30,333 bases of DNA from a virus (Duplodnaviria > Caudoviricetes), in IMG/VR virus record IMGVR_UViG_3300027892_001695, positions 1-30,333 of that record; one strand, written 5' to 3'. Both the position numbers and the translations under genes were made by a program. Below, piece after piece: positions 27,635-30,333 of this stretch (its first letter is position 1; every line of letters starts with the position of its first letter). Under the pieces are notes generated by a model, which saw only the letters and a program-made list of their open reading frames with translations, was not told where the DNA came from and made no database searches.

Positions 27635-28318
27635 TTAAAACTCAATCCAACCGTTGACCAAGTACTTGACGCCACTGCGTGGAGGATTTCCACGATGTGT
27701 GTGCGTGTAGTTGCCAGGGTAGATCAGTAAGGTGCCCATACGACTTGGCTCTACTCGGGGATAGTACAAGAACTCTGTTTCTCCACCCGCTGCCACGTTG
27801 TTCAAAAACAACTGCACATTCATGAGTCGGCTGCAACTGGTACGTCCTTCCTGTTCCCAATGCCACACATGAAATCCACCGCCTATTTCAGTTTTTTGTA
27901 TTTTGATTTCATAAATGCCCTGCTGTGCTTGTGTGTCTAGAGCAGAGTACTTTTCAGTGTAGATTCTATAGCATTCCCACACCACATCTAGAAAGTGATT
28001 TTGCATAGAAGGTACGCCCACAATGCCAATATCGTTAACACCTGCTGACACAGCACGACTGGTGTTAAAGGCCACTGTGTCTTTTAGATGCGCAGGCACA
28101 CCTTCCACTCGCTGGCGACTGCGTCCAAAGCCTAGAGCGTTCATGCTCTCAAAGTATTCAATAGCTGATGAGCAGTAGTCCTCTGTAAAGGCATGTTCAA
28201 ACTTGCCCACAAAGTCTGAGAACTCTACTGTCATACTAGGATTTAATATACTAGTGGGATCCGGGGGTGTCCACGTATTGGCCAAATTGGGTGTGGCTGC
28301 GGGCTTGAATTGCGTCAT
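27635..28318 (-). CDS. 2OG-Fe(II) oxygenase (prolyl-4-hydroxylase-like phage family)
   Basis: KIQKT..GGGFHVWHWE, FLNNV..GGETEF, YPGNYTHTHRGNPP and KY. Confidence 0.88.
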   Translation of the reverse strand: MTQFKPAATPNLANTWTPPDPTSILNPSMTVEFSDFVGKFEHAFTEDYCSSAIEYFESMNALGFGRSRQRVEGVPAHLKDTVAFNTSRAVSAGVNDIGIVGVPSMQNHFLDVVWECYRIYTEKYSALDTQAQQGIYEIKIQKTEIGGGFHVWHWEQEGRTSCSRLMNVQLFLNNVAAGGETEFLYYPRVEPSRMGTLLIYPGNYTHTHRGNPPRSGVKYLVNGWIEF

Positions 28319-28361
28319 AAAAATACTCCGTAAGCAGTGTGTAACTACTTATCGGAGTATT
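28319..28361 (-). terminator. Hairpin plus U-tract that also buries the SD of the downstream gene and contains a late-like promoter
   Basis: Arms AATACTCCG (28322-28330) and CGGAGTATT (28353-28361) with further internal pairing; followed on the minus strand by a T-run and ATG 28318. Confidence 0.6.
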
Positions 28362-28384
28362 AGCGAACTAAACTAAGTCTTGGT

Positions 28385-28615
28385 TTATGCTTGGCCAGTG
28401 GGGATATGCTCTGGACGACCCGTTACTTCAAGTCCTGCTTTTGGTGCTCCGTACTCTGCTGCTTCTACTGAAGTCTTGAGTAGACCGCTGTATACTGCAC
28501 GAGCAGCTTCGCCTTCCGCTAGTTTGGCTTGTGCTTCTGCGCCACGTGCATTACGAGCTGCTAGAGCTGTGGCTGCTGCTTGTTCTGCGCTTAATGGTGT
28601 AATTGTTCTTGACAT
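28385..28615 (-). CDS. Ala-rich helical hypothetical protein
   Basis: 76 aa; AGGAG SD (28625-28629) and CTAAATA (28653-28659) upstream. Confidence 0.7.
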   Translation of the reverse strand: MSRTITPLSAEQAAATALAARNARGAEAQAKLAEGEAARAVYSGLLKTSVEAAEYGAPKAGLEVTGRPEHIPTGQA

Positions 28616-28651
28616 GTTGCTATGCTCCTAATGGGTAACAATGTTATAGTG

Positions 28652-28831
28652 TTATTTAGCATGAAACTCCGCATAATATGCAATGGCAGCTAGTAACAGG
28701 GTAATAAACACCCATGCCCAGCGGCTGACTGGACCTTCTACATCATGTACTGCATAGTAAGCATCAAAGTCGGGATCATAGCGATACAGCTTGCCCCTAA
28801 TGATTTCGTGTTCTGTACGTTGTTGTTTCAT
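28652..28831 (-). CDS. Small protein with C-terminal transmembrane segment
   Basis: ATG 28831 (MKQQRTEH); hydrophobic WAWVFITLLLAAIAYY tail. Confidence 0.6.
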   Translation of the reverse strand: MKQQRTEHEIIRGKLYRYDPDFDAYYAVHDVEGPVSRWAWVFITLLLAAIAYYAEFHAK

Positions 28832-28964
28832 ACTAGTATATAGTAAAAAAAGGTTACAAGCTGAGAAAAAAATACTGCGCAAATTTTTTAAAAAGCGTTT
28901 TTCAACCAGTATAGGATGATTTCTATAGTACCAGGATCTGGGGGAATGGGAACGTACATGCGAC

Positions 28965-29168
28965 TTATATAGAGGTTACTTGAGCTGCAACACAGGTTGC
29001 TTGCACCAGCACAGCTAGTCCCTGGACTCTAGCTGTGTTAACAATCAAGGCACGTTGGGTTTCCACAGCTAGCACACACTCTTGAGCTGAATAGAAATGT
29101 GTGGTTGCCTGCAGAAAATCACAAGTTGAATTGGCACAAATGAATAGCACGGGTATGAATATGTTCAT
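28965..29168 (-). CDS. Small Cys-containing hypothetical protein
   Basis: 67 aa, hydrophobic N-terminus, 4 Cys; CTAAATA (29176-29182) 7 nt upstream. Confidence 0.6.
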   Translation of the reverse strand: MNIFIPVLFICANSTCDFLQATTHFYSAQECVLAVETQRALIVNTARVQGLAVLVQATCVAAQVTSI

Positions 29169-29310
29169 GATGAATTATTTAGTTTTGATTACACTAAACA
29201 AGATTACAGAAAAAGGGCTGTGTGAGGGAAAAAACAAGAACGCTAAAAAATTGTGGGTAAGTACTTTTCGTTTCAGGGTGGTGATTTTAGACCACTACCA
29301 CTTTTTAAAC

Positions 29311-29330
29311 TACTGTACGTATATACAGTA
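29311..29330. promoter_or_regulatory. LexA (SOS) box-like palindrome
   Basis: TACTGTACGTATATACAGTA matches the E. coli-type consensus TACTGTATATATATACAGTA at 18 of 20 positions, in an apparently non-coding stretch. Confidence 0.7.
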
Positions 29331-29370
29331 CTATGCCGGCCGGCCTCGCCCACCGACCACCACCGACCCC

Positions 29371-29598
29371 TCATCGGTTGGCGGTGTTCAACCATGACCA
29401 ATAGGTCAGCATGTCACCCTTGAGTCCCATAAGGACCCCTTCGTATGCAGCGTAGGGCAACACTTGGTATTCCCCAGCTTCATATCGAAGACGATGCGGG
29501 TTGTTGTTCAGCTTGGTAGCCTGCTGCTTTGCTGTGCGCTCTTGCTTGTAGTAACGCTCTGCACGTCCGCTTGCTGTGTTGTATACAATGTATCCCAT
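29371..29598 (-). CDS. Hypothetical protein (75 aa)
   Basis: ATG 29598 (MGYIVYN) with AGGAAG SD, 1 nt after the upstream stop. Confidence 0.6.
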   Translation of the reverse strand: MGYIVYNTASGRAERYYKQERTAKQQATKLNNNPHRLRYEAGEYQVLPYAAYEGVLMGLKGDMLTYWSWLNTANR

Positions 29599-29599
29599 A

Positions 29600-29785
29600 C
29601 TACTTCCTACATCCATTAGGGTTATAACAAGGCTGCTTGCCCATTGGGTGATCCCAGTTAGGTAACTGTTCGTGTAAGGCACGACCCGTCTTGGGGTCCC
29701 AGGGTGCATCACGTGGATCCCTACTGGCGCAGCCTGTGCTAATCGCTGCGAGCGTTAGCAATACACATGTCAGCACGAGCCGCAT
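29600..29785 (-). CDS. Putative small lipoprotein
   Basis: MR + hydrophobic core + ISTG-C (relaxed lipobox), then a Pro-rich mature region. Confidence 0.55.
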   Translation of the reverse strand: MRLVLTCVLLTLAAISTGCASRDPRDAPWDPKTGRALHEQLPNWDHPMGKQPCYNPNGCRK

Positions 29786-29975
29786 AGTCTTCTAGCCTTC
29801 CTTCTTGTTCTAGTGTTTCCAGTACTGCCATCTGCATAAGGCTGTTAGCGTCTGCACGATCCTTGGGTGTGGGCATGCTTCGTATGAACAGTTGAGCTTG
29901 CTCTATACTGGTGCAGGCCCACAGTATGTCCATGATGGCCTTTTGCTTGTGTGTGAGTCCTGTAATGGTAATCAT
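29739..29975 (-). CDS. Hypothetical protein (78 aa)
   Basis: ATG 29975 (MITITGLT) directly after the upstream stop at 29977. Confidence 0.6.
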   Translation of the reverse strand: MITITGLTHKQKAIMDILWACTSIEQAQLFIRSMPTPKDRADANSLMQMAVLETLEQEGRLEDYAARADMCIANARSD

Positions 29976-29976
29976 G

Positions 29977-30162
29977 TTAGTCATAGTAGTGACTGTTACG
30001 GAAACCCAGTGTGCCCGCATACATAGCCAACAGGCCCAACACTGCCAATAGCAAACTGCCTGTCAGTTGTTCTGCATCCACGCTGGCTTCTACACCACCC
30101 ACTGCACCCAGTGTAAGTATGAGTCCTGCTATGAATACGAAAAAGGCTTGATTAGTTGTCAT
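29977..30162 (-). CDS. Small two-transmembrane protein
   Basis: ATG 30162 with AAAGGA SD; two hydrophobic helices separated by GGVEASVD. Confidence 0.7.
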   Translation of the reverse strand: MTTNQAFFVFIAGLILTLGAVGGVEASVDAEQLTGSLLLAVLGLLAMYAGTLGFRNSHYYD

Positions 30163-30187
30163 ATAGTTCCTTTGTGTGTATGTAGTA

Positions 30188-30216
30188 ATTATAGCGTCAT
30201 CTATCCAAACTGTCAA
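30188..30216 (-). promoter_or_regulatory. Consensus sigma70 (early) promoter
   Basis: TTGACA (30216-30211), 17 nt, TATAAT (30193-30188): perfect consensus. Confidence 0.88.
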
Positions 30217-30240
30217 CCAAAGACCCTGTGGGCCCCCGGG

Positions 30241-30333
30241 TTAATCAAGTCTGCTGCCCGCATAGGCTTCGAAGCCGTACTTCTCAAACACCCCGGCTGC
30301 TGCGCGAGCGCCTGCTTCAAGAGTGTCCACGTT
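30241..30333 (-). CDS. 3' end of a hypothetical protein (...NVDTLEAGARAAAGVFEKYGFEAYAGSRLD), truncated by the window edge
   Basis: Open frame from the window end to TAA at 30243-30241. Confidence 0.6.
   Translation of the reverse strand, partial: NVDTLEAGARAAAGVFEKYGFEAYAGSRLD

Noticed and set aside
23310-29397. Nested or antisense ORFs 23310-, 24231+, 25119-, 25189+, 25592+, 25870+, 27220+, 27642-, 28380+, 29101+
   Set aside because: Shadows of real genes; 29101+ runs through regulatory-looking palindromes and low-complexity DNA with no RBS.
30224-30276. GC-rich stretch at 30224-30240 as a terminator and the palindrome GGCTTCGAAGCC at 30265-30276
   Set aside because: The first pairs poorly with only a short T-run; the second lies inside a coding frame and is plausibly chance.

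Overview
This window is part of a large, AT-rich dsDNA tailed phage genome with T4-like/jumbo-phage replication and recombination genes. It is densely coded in the standard genetic code, with many ATGA/TAATG gene overlaps. From left to right: the 3' part of a UvsY-like gene; an ~11 kb glycan-building cluster (NDP-sugar epimerase, GDP-mannose 4,6-dehydratase, cytidylyltransferase-cupin fusion, about 8 glycosyltransferase-like domains, two methyltransferases, a hexapeptide acyltransferase); a replication block (UvsW-like helicase, Hint-fold-like protein, cupin, gp62-like clamp-loader subunit, zinc-finger protein, acidic protein, a 191-aa miniature DnaE-like polymerase core, primase, half carbamoyltransferase, gp41/DnaB-like helicase); then an accessory region (Pol-beta-type nucleotidyltransferase, 2OG-Fe(II) oxygenases, two SGNH-like paralogues, a GNAT/MCD-like protein, small ORFs) that becomes more GC-rich toward the right end. 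Two promoter classes are readable: sigma70-type TTGACA-N17/18-TA(T)ANT promoters, several placing +1 on the start codon (leaderless), and a recurrent T4-late-like NTAA(A/G/T)TA motif. The most notable items are the miniature/split C-family polymerase, the glycan cluster under late-type promoters (possible virion glycosylation), a near-consensus LexA box at 29311-29330, and an RBS-sequestering hairpin with an embedded late-type promoter. All product calls rest on motif recognition by eye; no database search was run.
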